DNA from: Clostridiaceae bacterium
GTDB lineage: Bacteria; Bacillota; Clostridia; Clostridiales; Clostridiaceae
DNA length: 48,079 bases
NCBI GenBank assembly: GCA_041891535.1
Contig: JASDTM010000116.1
Coordinates: forward strand, 9,473-57,551
Direction of reading: 5' to 3'
The notes beneath the pieces were generated by a model, which did not search any database, had not been told where the DNA came from, and worked only from the letters and a program-made list of their open reading frames with translations. Below are positions 1 through 10,652 of the stretch, in pieces. The position numbers and the translations under genes are program-made. The stretch's first letter is position 1, and each line of letters starts with the position of its first letter.

Positions 1-1382
1 AGATACTGATTAAAAATGGATTGTTGGTATATGAGGGGAAAGAGGAGAAGGGAGATATCCTGGTTGAAGATGAGAAGATTGTAAGAGTTGGATCTGGAAT
101 TGAGGCTGAGGCTGATGAAGTTATTGATGCTGAAGGGCAGATAGTTATCCCTGGAGGCATTGATCCACATACTCATATGGATCTTCAGCAGTCTGAGAAA
201 TTCCGTTCCTGTGATGATTTTTATACTGGAGGGGTTGCTGCAGCTAATGGTGGAACTACCACAATAATTGATCATATCGGGTTTGGACCTTCAGGCTGTA
301 ATCTCAATTATTCCATAAATGAATACAAGGAAAAGGCTTTAAAATCCCCCATTGATTATTCCTTCCACGGGGTTATTCAGCATGTGGATGATAATATTTT
401 AGAGGAGCTTTCTGAAATTGTTAAGAATGAAGGGATAACAAGCTTCAAGGCGTATACCACATATGGATATAAGGTTGGAGATAGTGATGTTTTCAGGTTA
501 TTTGAAACACTGAAGAAGGCTGGGGGTATTTTGACTGTCCATTGTGAGAATGATGAAATTATTGGATTATTAAGATCGAGGTCTTTGGCTGAGGGCAAAA
601 CAGCTCCTGTTTGGCATGCTAAGACCAGACCGCCTGAGACAGAGGCTGAGGCAGCAGGGTCAATTATGGATATTTCAAAGCTCTGTGGAGATGCTCCATT
701 CTATATTGTCCATACCTCAGCAGGCTATACCATCGATAAGGTAAGGCAAGCCTTTGATTTAGGGCTTAAAAATACCCATGTTGAAACCTGTACTCAATAT
801 CTTTTGTTGACTGAGGATAAATATAGTGATGGTGGCAATGAAGAGGGTATTAAGTATTTAATGTCACCTCCTTTAAGAAAGATTGAGGATGTTGAAAAGC
901 TTTGGGATGGTATTTTCGATGGTACAGTGGAGACCATTGGTACGGATCACTGCCCATTCCTCTTAAAGGATAAAATGGAGGGCTTGGAGGACTATACAAA
1001 AGCTCCTGGAGGAGCCCCCGGTGTTGAAGAAAGAATAAGGGTAGTTTACACAGAAGGAGTTGTTAAAAGAGGACTGTCCTTATCAAGATATGTGGATTTG
1101 GTAAGTACCAATGCAGCTAAAATCTTTGGACTATATCCAAGAAAAGGTACTCTGAGTCCGGGAAGCGATGCAGATATAGTTATTTTAGATCCAAATATGA
1201 GTGAAATTTTAAGAGCTGAAAGCTTGAAGAGCAGCTGTGATTACAGTCTATATGATGGGTATGAGTCAGAATGTACAGTAAGGCTTGTCATGCAAAGAGG
1301 AAAGATCTTGAAAAATGGAGATAATATTTTTGCTCAAAGCGGAGATGGTAAATTCATTAAAAGGCTACCGAAAGTAAATTGA
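1..1382 (+). CDS. hydA: Dihydropyrimidinase / D-hydantoinase (amidohydrolase), 5'-truncated by the window edge
   Basis: Motifs PGGIDPHTH, SFKAY (carbamylated Lys), VHCEN, YIVHTS, MSPPLR, GTDHCPF, GSDADIV. The frame stays open upstream of the TTG at 21 (ILIKNG from nt 3), so the real start lies before the window. Confidence 0.85.
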   Translation, partial: ILIKNGLLVYEGKEEKGDILVEDEKIVRVGSGIEAEADEVIDAEGQIVIPGGIDPHTHMDLQQSEKFRSCDDFYTGGVAAANGGTTTIIDHIGFGPSGCNLNYSINEYKEKALKSPIDYSFHGVIQHVDDNILEELSEIVKNEGITSFKAYTTYGYKVGDSDVFRLFETLKKAGGILTVHCENDEIIGLLRSRSLAEGKTAPVWHAKTRPPETEAEAAGSIMDISKLCGDAPFYIVHTSAGYTIDKVRQAFDLGLKNTHVETCTQYLLLTEDKYSDGGNEEGIKYLMSPPLRKIEDVEKLWDGIFDGTVETIGTDHCPFLLKDKMEGLEDYTKAPGGAPGVEERIRVVYTEGVVKRGLSLSRYVDLVSTNAAKIFGLYPRKGTLSPGSDADIVILDPNMSEILRAESLKSSCDYSLYDGYESECTVRLVMQRGKILKNGDNIFAQSGDGKFIKRLPKVN

Positions 1383-1477
1383 GAGGATAAATGATATAAA
1401 TATATAACTTATTTTAATGAGAAAAATATACTTTAATGCAAGGAATCTTGGAAGTATTTTTTCAGTTCAATAATAAA

Positions 1478-1519
1478 AACCCGTTTTTATGTATTCTATG
1501 CATTAAACGGGTAATTTTA
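1478..1519 (+). terminator. Possible intrinsic terminator after hydA
   Basis: ACCCGTTT...AAACGGGT stem with an imperfect inner stem, followed by AATTTTAT. Confidence 0.4.
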
Positions 1520-1653
1520 TGCGATTTTAATCATTTTCACCTTGAATACCATGATAAAACCGGTTGCTGAATAGAATGAGAATGACAACAAATAAACAGT
1601 AGTGTAGCTAAATCAACACTGTATTTATAAAGTGCTTCCTATATCAATAATTC

Positions 1654-1683
1654 TTGACAGTACATGGTGTGGCTTTCTATAAT
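1654..1683 (+). promoter_or_regulatory. Sigma-A promoter of the opp cluster
   Basis: Perfect TTGACA (1654-1659), 18-nt spacer, perfect TATAAT (1678-1683), 65 nt before oppA, which has a GGAGG SD. Confidence 0.8.
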
Positions 1684-1748
1684 ATGCATAAGTATTCGTA
1701 TTCTAAAAGAATAAACAACACAATCTTTAAGGAGACTGGAGGAAAAAA

Positions 1749-3623
1749 ATGAAAAGATTCATCGCATTGGGCATGGCATTATTAATGCTTGCCGGCTGTT
1801 CGATGGGCGGAGAAACTACCACAGCTGGCAAAGGCTCAACAACCACCGGAACTGTAGTAGAAGAGAAGGAATACAGGGTCGCGTATCCTGCAGAAGCAAC
1901 TACTCTGAATTACCTGCTTTCATCAACCACAAATGAATTTGCCCTGGCTGCAAACTTCATCGACACACTAATCGACTATGACAAGTATGGAGTTGTAAAA
2001 CCTGCACTTGCAGAGACCTGGTCAAAATCACCAGACGGAAAAGTATGGACCTTCAACCTGAGAAAGGGTGTCAAATGGGTGGACCATACAGGTAAGGAAG
2101 TAGCTGAATTAAAAGCACAGGATTTCGTCGATGCAATGAAATATATCCTTACAAAGACAAATGAATCCGCTACAGCTAACATTGCCTATTCTGTAATTAA
2201 AAATGCAGAAAAATACTACAACGAGGAAATCAAGGATTTCAACGAAGTAGGAGTCAAGGCAAAGGATGATTATACTCTGGAGTACACTTTAGAGAAGGAA
2301 ACCCCTTATTTTGAGTCAATGCTTACCTACGTTTGCTTCTTCCCTGCAAATGGAAAATTCCTTGAAGAGAAGGGCAAGAGCTTCGGAACTACAAATGATA
2401 CATTACTTTATAACGGTGCTTACATACTGGAATCCTTCGTTCCACAGAGCGAAAGAATCCTTACAAAGAACCCAACCTATTGGGATAAGGACAATGTATT
2501 CATAACTAAGCTCAATTACAAGTACAACAAGGAAGCAGCTACACTTGCTCCTGAAATGGTAGTAAGAAACGAACTCGACTATGCTGATGTTCCATCAGAC
2601 ATCATCGATGCATGGTTAAAGGATCCTGCTAAGAAGGATTTGGTAAGACCTAACCGTACAAACTACTATTCATACTTCTACGCTTTCAACTTTGACCCTC
2701 AGTTCCCGGCAGAATATGAGCCGGACAACTGGAAAGTAGTTGTAAACAACGTAAACTTCAGAAAGGCAATGTTCCATGCACTGGACAGAAAACAAGCCAT
2801 GATCACCATGGAGCCTTATGATCCTGAATACAGACTGTTAAATACAATCACTCCTAAGAACTTCGTAGATGACAAGGGTCTTGATTACACCTTGATCGGA
2901 GGCCTTAAGGCAATAACAGAGGGTAACTCCTTCAACGAAACTCAGGCTAAGGAATTCAAGGCAAAAGCAATGGCAGAGCTTGCCGGAAAGGCAACCTTCC
3001 CAGTTAAAGTCTATATGCCTTACAACACTGGTGTTGCAAACTGGGCTAAGAGAGCACAGGTTATTGAGCAGCAGATGGAAGGTGTTTTAGGAACAGACTT
3101 CATCGATATCCTGGTTGTTGCAAAGCCTTCAACTGGATTCTTAAAGGAAGTCAGACGTAACGGAAACTATGCATTCTTGGAAGTTAACTGGGGTCCTGAC
3201 TATGCTGACCCAGAGACCTTCACAGATCCATTCACACCTGATTCAAACTACAACTTCCCACATAAAGCTGAAGGCTATAAGGAAGCAAACGGTAAGAACA
3301 AGTATGAAAATATGGTAGACGCTGCAAAGGCTGAAACTGCAGATACAAGCAAGAGATACAAGCTATTTGCTGATGCAGAAGCATTCTTCATAAATGAAGC
3401 ATTCGTAATACCATTCTTCGTATCAGGCGGAGGATTCTCAACCTCAAGACTTAACCCATTCGATTCACCATACTCACCATTTGGTGTTGCAAGTGAAAGA
3501 TTCAAGGGTCAGAAGCTATTGGACAAGCCGATGAATACAGAAGAATTCAAGGCTGCACAGGAAACCTGGAATAAGGAAAGAGCAGAAGCATTGAAGAATG
3601 CTCCTGGGACAACAGTGAAATAG
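1749..3623 (+). CDS. oppA: Oligopeptide ABC transporter substrate-binding lipoprotein (family 5, AmiA/OppA-like)
   Basis: Lipobox LAGC; family-5 signature PALAETWSKSPDGKVWTFNLRKGVKW; WGPDYADP; lies upstream of oppBCDF. Confidence 0.93.
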   Translation: MKRFIALGMALLMLAGCSMGGETTTAGKGSTTTGTVVEEKEYRVAYPAEATTLNYLLSSTTNEFALAANFIDTLIDYDKYGVVKPALAETWSKSPDGKVWTFNLRKGVKWVDHTGKEVAELKAQDFVDAMKYILTKTNESATANIAYSVIKNAEKYYNEEIKDFNEVGVKAKDDYTLEYTLEKETPYFESMLTYVCFFPANGKFLEEKGKSFGTTNDTLLYNGAYILESFVPQSERILTKNPTYWDKDNVFITKLNYKYNKEAATLAPEMVVRNELDYADVPSDIIDAWLKDPAKKDLVRPNRTNYYSYFYAFNFDPQFPAEYEPDNWKVVVNNVNFRKAMFHALDRKQAMITMEPYDPEYRLLNTITPKNFVDDKGLDYTLIGGLKAITEGNSFNETQAKEFKAKAMAELAGKATFPVKVYMPYNTGVANWAKRAQVIEQQMEGVLGTDFIDILVVAKPSTGFLKEVRRNGNYAFLEVNWGPDYADPETFTDPFTPDSNYNFPHKAEGYKEANGKNKYENMVDAAKAETADTSKRYKLFADAEAFFINEAFVIPFFVSGGGFSTSRLNPFDSPYSPFGVASERFKGQKLLDKPMNTEEFKAAQETWNKERAEALKNAPGTTVK

Positions 3624-3646
3624 CATTCTGTTCCAATAAATAATTC

Positions 3647-3685
3647 AAGGATAAAAGTCTGCTTTTGGCAGACTTTTTGTCCTTT
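3647..3685 (+). terminator. Internal hairpin/terminator between oppA and oppB
   Basis: AAGGATAAAAGTCTGC-TTTTG-GCAGACTTTTTGTCCTT. Confidence 0.75.
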
Positions 3686-3820
3686 ATCCGATGGTGAATC
3701 GTAAGTCACTAAAAACACATCAATGGTGTTAAAATTAATAACATACCAATATCATGAATTAGTTCATGATTCCAACTGCGATTTATTATCGGAGTTTTTT
3801 CTAAAAGGAGGACACTTGAC

Positions 3821-4765
3821 TTGCTGAAATATACTTTAAAAAGACTTGGTCAATCACTTATAACTCTATTTATCATTCTTACAGTGGTTTTTCTTCTCAT
3901 GAGGCTCATGCCTGAAGAGGGCTATTTCGGAGCAAACTATGAAAAGCTAGATCCGGCTCAAAGAGAAGCCATATTGACTGGAATGGGCTTAAGAGACCCT
4001 ATTCCAACACAGCTGTTCAGATTCTATACACAGACTTTATCAGGTAACCTTGGTACCTCCATAACCTACAGACCAAACGTTGCCGTAGCAGATATTATAA
4101 AAACCAAAATACCTTATTCACTTAATTTCGGACTCATGGCAGTGGCAATATCTTTAGCTATTGGAGTACCACTTGGATCTCTCATGGCAGTTTTTAAAGG
4201 AAAGCTATGGGATAAATTAGGTACGGTATACATTGTATTTATCAGTGCTGTTCCTTCCGCCATATATTATCTGTTTATTCAGCTTTATGTTACTAAAGCC
4301 TTTAACCTGCCCACATTGTTCAATGCAAGGCGGCCGATAAGCTGGGCCTTGCCAGCTATTTCCCTGGCGCTGGGCTCCATTGCATATTACGCCATGTGGA
4401 TGAGACGATACATGGTTGATGAGTCCAATAAGGACTATGTCAAGCTTGCAAGGGCAAAGGGGTTTAAGTCAGGGGAGATTATGAGGACACATATTTTAAG
4501 GAACGCAGCAGTTCCAATGGTCCAGTATCTGCCTTCAACAATTCTATATACAATTTCAGGTTCCATATTTATAGAATCTCTGTATTCCATACCTGGAATG
4601 GGAGGTCTTTTAGTTGACGCCATTCAAAGGCAGGACAACCCATTGGTTCAGGCACTTGTGCTGATTTATGCCTCCATAGGAATAGTTGGTTTATTCTTGG
4701 GTGACGTATTAATGGCATTGGTGGATCCTAGAATCAAGCTACAAAGAAAGGAGGGGTCAAGATAA
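3821..4765 (+). CDS. oppB: Oligopeptide ABC transporter permease
   Basis: TTG start with AAGGAGG SD; DYVKLARAKG..HILRNA loop motif; C-terminal DPRI. Confidence 0.93.
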   Translation: MLKYTLKRLGQSLITLFIILTVVFLLMRLMPEEGYFGANYEKLDPAQREAILTGMGLRDPIPTQLFRFYTQTLSGNLGTSITYRPNVAVADIIKTKIPYSLNFGLMAVAISLAIGVPLGSLMAVFKGKLWDKLGTVYIVFISAVPSAIYYLFIQLYVTKAFNLPTLFNARRPISWALPAISLALGSIAYYAMWMRRYMVDESNKDYVKLARAKGFKSGEIMRTHILRNAAVPMVQYLPSTILYTISGSIFIESLYSIPGMGGLLVDAIQRQDNPLVQALVLIYASIGIVGLFLGDVLMALVDPRIKLQRKEGSR

Positions 4766-5736
4766 TGGCAGGAGTAAATTCAGAAAAATTACTGCAGCAG
4801 GCTGTTAACGACGATCTTTTCACCTTCGCTCAATATGATGAAAAGGAAGCTGAAAGAGGGGGCTACTCCAATTATTCCTATTGGAGATCCACCTGGAATG
4901 TGTTTGCAAAAAATAAAATGGCATTGTTTTTATTGGTATCAATAGGACTGTTGCTGTTTTTTACCATAATACAGCCCTATTTACCAGGGCAAAGATCACC
5001 CATACACATAAATATCGACCCATCAACAAAAATGCCAATATCAAACCTTAAACCATCCTCTGAGTATCTTTTCGGTACAAACTCAATTGGGCAGGATTTA
5101 TGGGCAAGACTATGGTCCGGAACAAGAACATCCCTTTTCATAGGAATAGTGGTTGGTATCTGGGAGCTTGTAGTAGGTGTTATTATAGGAGCCTTATGGG
5201 GCTATGTTCCATGGCTTGACAGACCAATCACAGAGATATACAACGTTTTGGACAATATTCCTGTTACCATACTTCTTATACTTTTGACCTATATCATGAG
5301 ACCGAGTCTGTCCACCATGATATTTGCCATGTGTCTGACAGGCTGGGTACAAATGGCTAGATTCATAAGAAACCTTGTTATCATGTTAAGGGACAGGGAG
5401 TATAACCTGGCATCCAAGTGTCTTGGTACACCAACTGCAAGGATAATATCCAAAAACCTTCTGCCTTACCTGGTTTCAGTAATCATGCTTAGATTTGCAC
5501 TTTCAATTCCACAGACCATAGGCTATGAAGTATTCCTGACATATATTGGCTTAGGACTTCCTTTGTCCGTACCTTCACTGGGTAACCTGGTACAGGAAGG
5601 AAGAATACTTATGATGGTGCCTGACTACAGATACCAGCTCATATTACCTTCAATAGCCATATCATTCATCACCATTTCCTTCTATATTCTGGGCAACGTA
5701 TTCTCTGATGCAGCTGACCCTAGAAACCATGTGTAG
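4765..5736 (+). CDS. oppC: Oligopeptide ABC transporter permease
   Basis: FGTNSIGQDLWARLWSGTRTSL and REYNLASKCLG motifs; TAATG overlap with oppB. Confidence 0.93.
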   Translation: MAGVNSEKLLQQAVNDDLFTFAQYDEKEAERGGYSNYSYWRSTWNVFAKNKMALFLLVSIGLLLFFTIIQPYLPGQRSPIHINIDPSTKMPISNLKPSSEYLFGTNSIGQDLWARLWSGTRTSLFIGIVVGIWELVVGVIIGALWGYVPWLDRPITEIYNVLDNIPVTILLILLTYIMRPSLSTMIFAMCLTGWVQMARFIRNLVIMLRDREYNLASKCLGTPTARIISKNLLPYLVSVIMLRFALSIPQTIGYEVFLTYIGLGLPLSVPSLGNLVQEGRILMMVPDYRYQLILPSIAISFITISFYILGNVFSDAADPRNHV

Positions 5737-5745
5737 GAGGTCCTT

Positions 5746-6807
5746 ATGAAAGAGAGAAACAAGCTGAACAATGGCGATAAAATAATGGAGATTAAGGATC
5801 TCGTTGTAAAATTCAACCTAAGAGGTCAAAAGCTTACAGCAATCAGGGAGGCATCCCTGGAGATATTCAAGGGAGAATCCCTGGCAATTGTAGGAGAATC
5901 CGGTTCAGGCAAATCTGTGTTTACAAAGACCTTCATGGGGCTTTTAGATGCCAATGGTTGGGTTGAAAGCGGTGAAATCATCTTCGACGGGATTGACATA
6001 GCAAAATACAAGACTGAGCGTGACTGGCTCAAAATAAGAGGCAAAAGGATTGCCATGGTTTTCCAGGATCCCATGACCTCCCTTAATCCATTGAAGACCA
6101 TTGGAAATCAGACAATGGAAACAGTATTGAAGCACAGGGATGTATCAAAGGAAGAAGCAAGGAAAATAACAGCAGAGCTCTTGGCTGATGTTGGTATTTC
6201 CGATCCTGAAAGAAGGATGAAGCAGTACCCACATGAATTCTCAGGCGGTATGAGGCAGCGTGTGGTCATAGCAATAGCCATGGCCTGCGACCCAGAGATA
6301 CTTATATGTGACGAACCCACGACAGCTTTGGATGTTACCATACAGGCACAGATACTTCAGCTTTTGAAAAACCTCAAAGAAAAATATGACCTTACAACCA
6401 TATATATAACCCATGATCTTGGAGTAGTTGCCAATGTTGCGGACAGGATAGCAGTCATGTACGCAGGAGATTTTGTGGAGGTTGGAACTACTGAAGAAGT
6501 GTTCTATGACCCACAGCATCCTTATACCTGGGCACTTTTATCCTCACTTCCGCAATTAGGTAAAAAGGGAGAGGATTTATACTCTATAAAGGGAACACCT
6601 CCAAATCTGTTCCTGGACATTAAGGGTGATGCCTTTGCGCCTAGAAATCCAAGGGCACTTAAAATAGACTTTATTGAAAAGCCTCCTTATTTTGAGGTTA
6701 CACCAACACATAAGGCGAAGACCTGGAGACTTGACCCAAGATCCCCTAAAATAGATCCGCCTGAATTTTTAGATACATTAAGAAACCAATGGGAGGGCAA
6801 TAAATAA
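5746..6807 (+). CDS. oppD: Oligopeptide ABC transporter ATPase
   Basis: Walker A GESGSGKS; [12 protein letters not shown]; DEPTTALD; HPYT C-terminal domain. Confidence 0.95.
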   Translation: MKERNKLNNGDKIMEIKDLVVKFNLRGQKLTAIREASLEIFKGESLAIVGESGSGKSVFTKTFMGLLDANGWVESGEIIFDGIDIAKYKTERDWLKIRGKRIAMVFQDPMTSLNPLKTIGNQTMETVLKHRDVSKEEARKITAELLADVGISDPERRMKQYPHEFSGGMRQRVVIAIAMACDPEILICDEPTTALDVTIQAQILQLLKNLKEKYDLTTIYITHDLGVVANVADRIAVMYAGDFVEVGTTEEVFYDPQHPYTWALLSSLPQLGKKGEDLYSIKGTPPNLFLDIKGDAFAPRNPRALKIDFIEKPPYFEVTPTHKAKTWRLDPRSPKIDPPEFLDTLRNQWEGNK

Positions 6808-7757
6808 TGAACGAAAAAGAAAAACTCCTTGAGGTAAAAAATATTACTGTTGATTTCGGTAGGGGAAGAAAGAAATTCAGAGCAGTCAAGGATGTAAGCT
6901 TTGATATATACAAGGGAGAGACCTTCGGTTTGGTAGGTGAATCCGGCTCAGGTAAAACCACCATTGGCAGAGCCATAGTCAGGATAAATGAAATATCTGA
7001 AGGTGAGATACACTTTAAAGGAGAAAAGATATCAGGCAAGATATCCTCAGCCACTGATAAAATGGTGACCCAGAATATACAGATGATATTCCAGGACCCC
7101 ATGGCATCACTGAATGAAAGAGCCAAGGTTGAGTACATTGTGTCTGAAGGTCTGATCAACTTAAATACTCCGGAGGAAGAAAGAAAAACAAGGGTGGTCA
7201 AAGCAATAAGCGATGTTGGCTTATTACCTGAATTCCTGTCAAGATTCCCCCATGAGTTCTCCGGTGGCCAAAGACAAAGAATCGGAATTGCAAGATCCAT
7301 GGTTTTAGAGCCTGAGCTTATAGTTGCAGACGAACCAATATCAGCATTGGATGTATCCATAAGAGCGCAGGTATTAAACCTGATGAACGACCTTAAAAAG
7401 AAAAAGGGATTGACCTACCTGTTCATAGCTCATGATTTGTCAGTTGTAAGATTCATAACTGACAGGGTTGCAGTTATCCATTTAGGAAGAATAGTGGAGC
7501 TTGCAGAAACAGAGAAGCTATTTGAACATCCGCTTCATCCATATACAAAATCACTGCTGTCTGCAATACCCCTACCTGATCCGAGGCTGGAAAGAAAGAA
7601 GGTACTTCAAAAGTATGACCCAAGTGTACATAACTATGATGCAGACCCACCAAAATGGGTTGAGATAGAGCCGGGTCATTTTGTACTTGCAAACGCAGCT
7701 GAAGAAAAAGCCTATATTGAAGAGCTTAAAAAGCTTGAGGTTAAAAATGGTCAATAA
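6807..7757 (+). CDS. oppF: Oligopeptide ABC transporter ATPase
   Basis: GESGSGKT; [12 protein letters not shown]; DEPISALD; HPYT. Confidence 0.95.
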   Translation: MNEKEKLLEVKNITVDFGRGRKKFRAVKDVSFDIYKGETFGLVGESGSGKTTIGRAIVRINEISEGEIHFKGEKISGKISSATDKMVTQNIQMIFQDPMASLNERAKVEYIVSEGLINLNTPEEERKTRVVKAISDVGLLPEFLSRFPHEFSGGQRQRIGIARSMVLEPELIVADEPISALDVSIRAQVLNLMNDLKKKKGLTYLFIAHDLSVVRFITDRVAVIHLGRIVELAETEKLFEHPLHPYTKSLLSAIPLPDPRLERKKVLQKYDPSVHNYDADPPKWVEIEPGHFVLANAAEEKAYIEELKKLEVKNGQ

Positions 7758-8739
7758 CACCTATATATACAACGCAAAAGAGCTCCTGGAGCTGAAATTA
7801 ATAAATATCTCCGTTGATGAGACCGGTGGTTTAACCACAGGAGCTTATGGAGACACAGGAATAATTGAATCAATTGTTATAGAAACCGCTGATTTTGTAA
7901 ATCTTGTACCCTCATGGAATGCAGTTGCAAAAAACGGAGCAACAATTGAGGTTTTAATATCTGCGAGAATCAAGGGAAATTTCACAGGATTTTTCTCTGC
8001 AGGTACCTGGAGCAGGGATGTAAGAGGTAGTATTGGAGGGCAAAGAGAAGAAAACGCCCTCATGGATATTGACACTTTGAAGATTAAGTCAGGTAACACT
8101 GCCGATGCCTTTATTTTCAAGCTTGTTTTGAAAAAGGGAACAGATGATGGAAAGCTCAGCTTTAAAAGAGCAGCATTCACTTTAAAATATGCTGTTGCCC
8201 CAATAATTAAAAGCAGCTCCGAATATCCTGACTTCATGGATATTAAAGTGCCAAAAAGGGAGCAGATGACTGTACCTGAGGTTGGAAATATAATATGCTC
8301 GCCGACTTCGCTTTCAATGATTCTGGATTTTTATGGATCTTCAGATGATACAAGAGCCATTGCCGAGCTTGCGAAGGACCAGGGTGCAGAAATATATGGA
8401 AATTGGCCATTCACCGCAGCAGTAGCAACGGAGTTTGGCTTGAAGTCCTATGTCAAAAGACTCCATGATTTAGAAGAAGCAAAGGAATATATAGTGAAGG
8501 GGATACCCCTTGTGGCATCAGTCGGCATAAAGGATAAAAACGAACTTAAAGGAGCGGAAAGCTCCTATCCTGACGGTCATCTGCTGGTAATCAGGGGCTT
8601 TAAGAAGGTGAATGACAAGGAGTTTGTTCTGGTAAATGACCCAGCAACCTCCAAAATGGATAACATCTACAGGGAATATGACTATAATGAATTTAAAAGA
8701 GCGTTCTCAGGAATTGTTTATGTGGTTGAAAAGCCATAG
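7747..8739 (+). CDS. Peptidase C39-like family protein with an N-terminal accessory domain
   Basis: Q(x)nICSPTS (catalytic Cys), GHLLVIRG (His), VNDPA (Asp). Start revised from 7681 to ATG 7747 (GAGG SD, overlaps the end of oppF). No signal peptide. Confidence 0.75.
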   Translation: MVNNTYIYNAKELLELKLINISVDETGGLTTGAYGDTGIIESIVIETADFVNLVPSWNAVAKNGATIEVLISARIKGNFTGFFSAGTWSRDVRGSIGGQREENALMDIDTLKIKSGNTADAFIFKLVLKKGTDDGKLSFKRAAFTLKYAVAPIIKSSSEYPDFMDIKVPKREQMTVPEVGNIICSPTSLSMILDFYGSSDDTRAIAELAKDQGAEIYGNWPFTAAVATEFGLKSYVKRLHDLEEAKEYIVKGIPLVASVGIKDKNELKGAESSYPDGHLLVIRGFKKVNDKEFVLVNDPATSKMDNIYREYDYNEFKRAFSGIVYVVEKP

Positions 8740-8846
8740 GATTCTGATTCAGACCTTCTTAAGGTTTAAGGATAGTAAGTAATAAGATTTTTCGTTTAAA
8801 TTAAACGTAAGAATAAAACTAAAAAGTATAAAGTGAGGGATTTGCA

Positions 8847-9785
8847 ATGATTTATCCGGACAAACTTAAAAAAGGAGACAAGGTGGGAATTGTGTCACCT
8901 TCTTCGCCGACACCAAAAGAGAAGATAGAAGCATCCTTCAAGGTAATTTCCGATATGGGCTTTATACCTGTACCCGGAGAAAGCTGTTACCTGGATACCT
9001 ATGGAGAAAAAAATTACCTGTCAGGCTCAGATGAAGTCAGAGCAAGGGACATTAATGAGATGTTCAAAAACCCTGACATAAAGGGAGTCTGGTGTATCAG
9101 AGGCGGCTATGGTGCCGCAAGGATATTAGACAAGCTTGACTATAACACCATAAGAAATAATCCAAAGGTATTCGTGGGCTATTCAGATATTACTGTACTA
9201 CACACTGTCTTCAACGGACTTTGTAACTTTTCTACAATCCACGGACCAATGCCATCTACAGATCTTTTAAACGCATCAGAATATACCTGGGAAAGTCTTA
9301 ATGCTTCCTTGAATAATTCTGAGGAAGGTTTAAGAGAAATAAAAAACCCGGAGGGTGAAGCCCTGGAGTTTTACGGAAGCGGTACTGCAGAAGGAATTTT
9401 GACAGGTGGCTGCCTGAGTCTTCTGGTTTCTTCTTTGGGAACACCCTATGAGGTGGATACAAAGGGTAAAATTTTATTTTTGGAGGACACTGATGAGGAA
9501 CCATATAGAATAGACTCCTTCATGACTACCCTTAAAAATGCAGGAAAGCTTGAAGACGCGGCAGGATTCTTAATCGGAACCTGGTCAAATTGCACATACA
9601 GAGACGGCAGAAAAAGCATATTAACTGAAGACCTGTTGAAAGAAATGATACTACCCTACAAAAAACCCTCAGTATTCAATGTAAGAGGAGGCCACACCAA
9701 ACCTGTTATTTCCTTGAATCTCGGAGCTGACTTTAAAATAGACAGCGAAGAAAAAAGGATCTTCACGGGGAGGGGAGTAAAATAA
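8847..9785 (+). CDS. ldcA: Muramoyl-tetrapeptide LD-carboxypeptidase (peptidase S66, LdcA/YkfA-like)
   Basis: RGGYG; GYSDIT (Ser nucleophile); FLEDTDE (Glu); GGHT (His). Confidence 0.88.
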   Translation: MIYPDKLKKGDKVGIVSPSSPTPKEKIEASFKVISDMGFIPVPGESCYLDTYGEKNYLSGSDEVRARDINEMFKNPDIKGVWCIRGGYGAARILDKLDYNTIRNNPKVFVGYSDITVLHTVFNGLCNFSTIHGPMPSTDLLNASEYTWESLNASLNNSEEGLREIKNPEGEALEFYGSGTAEGILTGGCLSLLVSSLGTPYEVDTKGKILFLEDTDEEPYRIDSFMTTLKNAGKLEDAAGFLIGTWSNCTYRDGRKSILTEDLLKEMILPYKKPSVFNVRGGHTKPVISLNLGADFKIDSEEKRIFTGRGVK

Positions 9786-10606
9786 AACCTTTTATAGAAA
9801 TAAGAAAACAAATAGCTGAAGCTTTAAGAGAAGAGAATCAGAAATATCCTTCCTTCAACTACTCCATATACCTTAAGGATCTGACCAGGGGTGAAGAGCT
9901 TTTAAAGGTTGATTCTGATAAAAAGATTGTTGCTGCCAGCATGATAAAGGTCCCCATAATGCTTGCTGCCGTTATGGCATCAGAGCAAAAGACTCTGTTT
10001 CTTGATATGAAAAAGGATATTAAGCACAAGGATAAAATTCCATGGAGCGTAATTACTGACCTTACAATATCAAGGTACAGCATAAGGGATTTAATCACTT
10101 TAATGATTTGCTACAGCGACAATACTGCAACAAACAGAGTAATAGATATCATCGGGATGGATGAGATCAACTGCTCCATAGGCTTTGCAGGATTGACTGA
10201 TACGGTTCTGAGAAGGCACATGATGGACACAGAAGCGAGGAAAAAGGGTCTTGAAAATATGACCACACCACAGGACATGGCAAAGGTATTTGAAATAATA
10301 TATGAGACAGCTCTTGGTAAGGATAACCTTCAGGGCAAATTGTCCCAGGCTTCATCTGTCTACATGATGAACACCCTAAGAAAGCAGAAGGATAACAACT
10401 CACTTAAAAGATTTTTAAGTGAGGATATCAAGGTTGCACATAAAACCGGAGGACTTGAAGGATTAAATCATGACATGGGTATATTCAAGACTCAAAATGG
10501 GGAATACCTTCTCGGTGTTTTCACCTGGGGTGCAAAAAACAACTATGAAACAAAGGACTTCATCGGAGAAGTTTCCAGGAAGATTTATAATATATATACA
10601 AGTTAA
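9782..10606 (+). CDS. Class A beta-lactamase-like serine hydrolase (penicillin-recognising fold), probable ATA start
   Basis: SxxK (AASMIK, Ser codon 9938-9940, upstream of the ORF-track ATG), YSDN and HKTG. The frame is open back to ATA 9782, which has GGAGG 8 nt upstream. Confidence 0.8.
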   Translation: MKPFIEIRKQIAEALREENQKYPSFNYSIYLKDLTRGEELLKVDSDKKIVAASMIKVPIMLAAVMASEQKTLFLDMKKDIKHKDKIPWSVITDLTISRYSIRDLITLMICYSDNTATNRVIDIIGMDEINCSIGFAGLTDTVLRRHMMDTEARKKGLENMTTPQDMAKVFEIIYETALGKDNLQGKLSQASSVYMMNTLRKQKDNNSLKRFLSEDIKVAHKTGGLEGLNHDMGIFKTQNGEYLLGVFTWGAKNNYETKDFIGEVSRKIYNIYTS

Positions 10607-10652
10607 AAAATACTTTAATGGATATTCGTATTGACTTTATTCGGAGGTAATT

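Noticed and set aside
6746-7360. 204-aa antisense ORF, along with the many other 60-150 aa overlapping ORFs in the track
   Set aside because: They lie opposite or inside well-supported genes and show no recognisable motifs.
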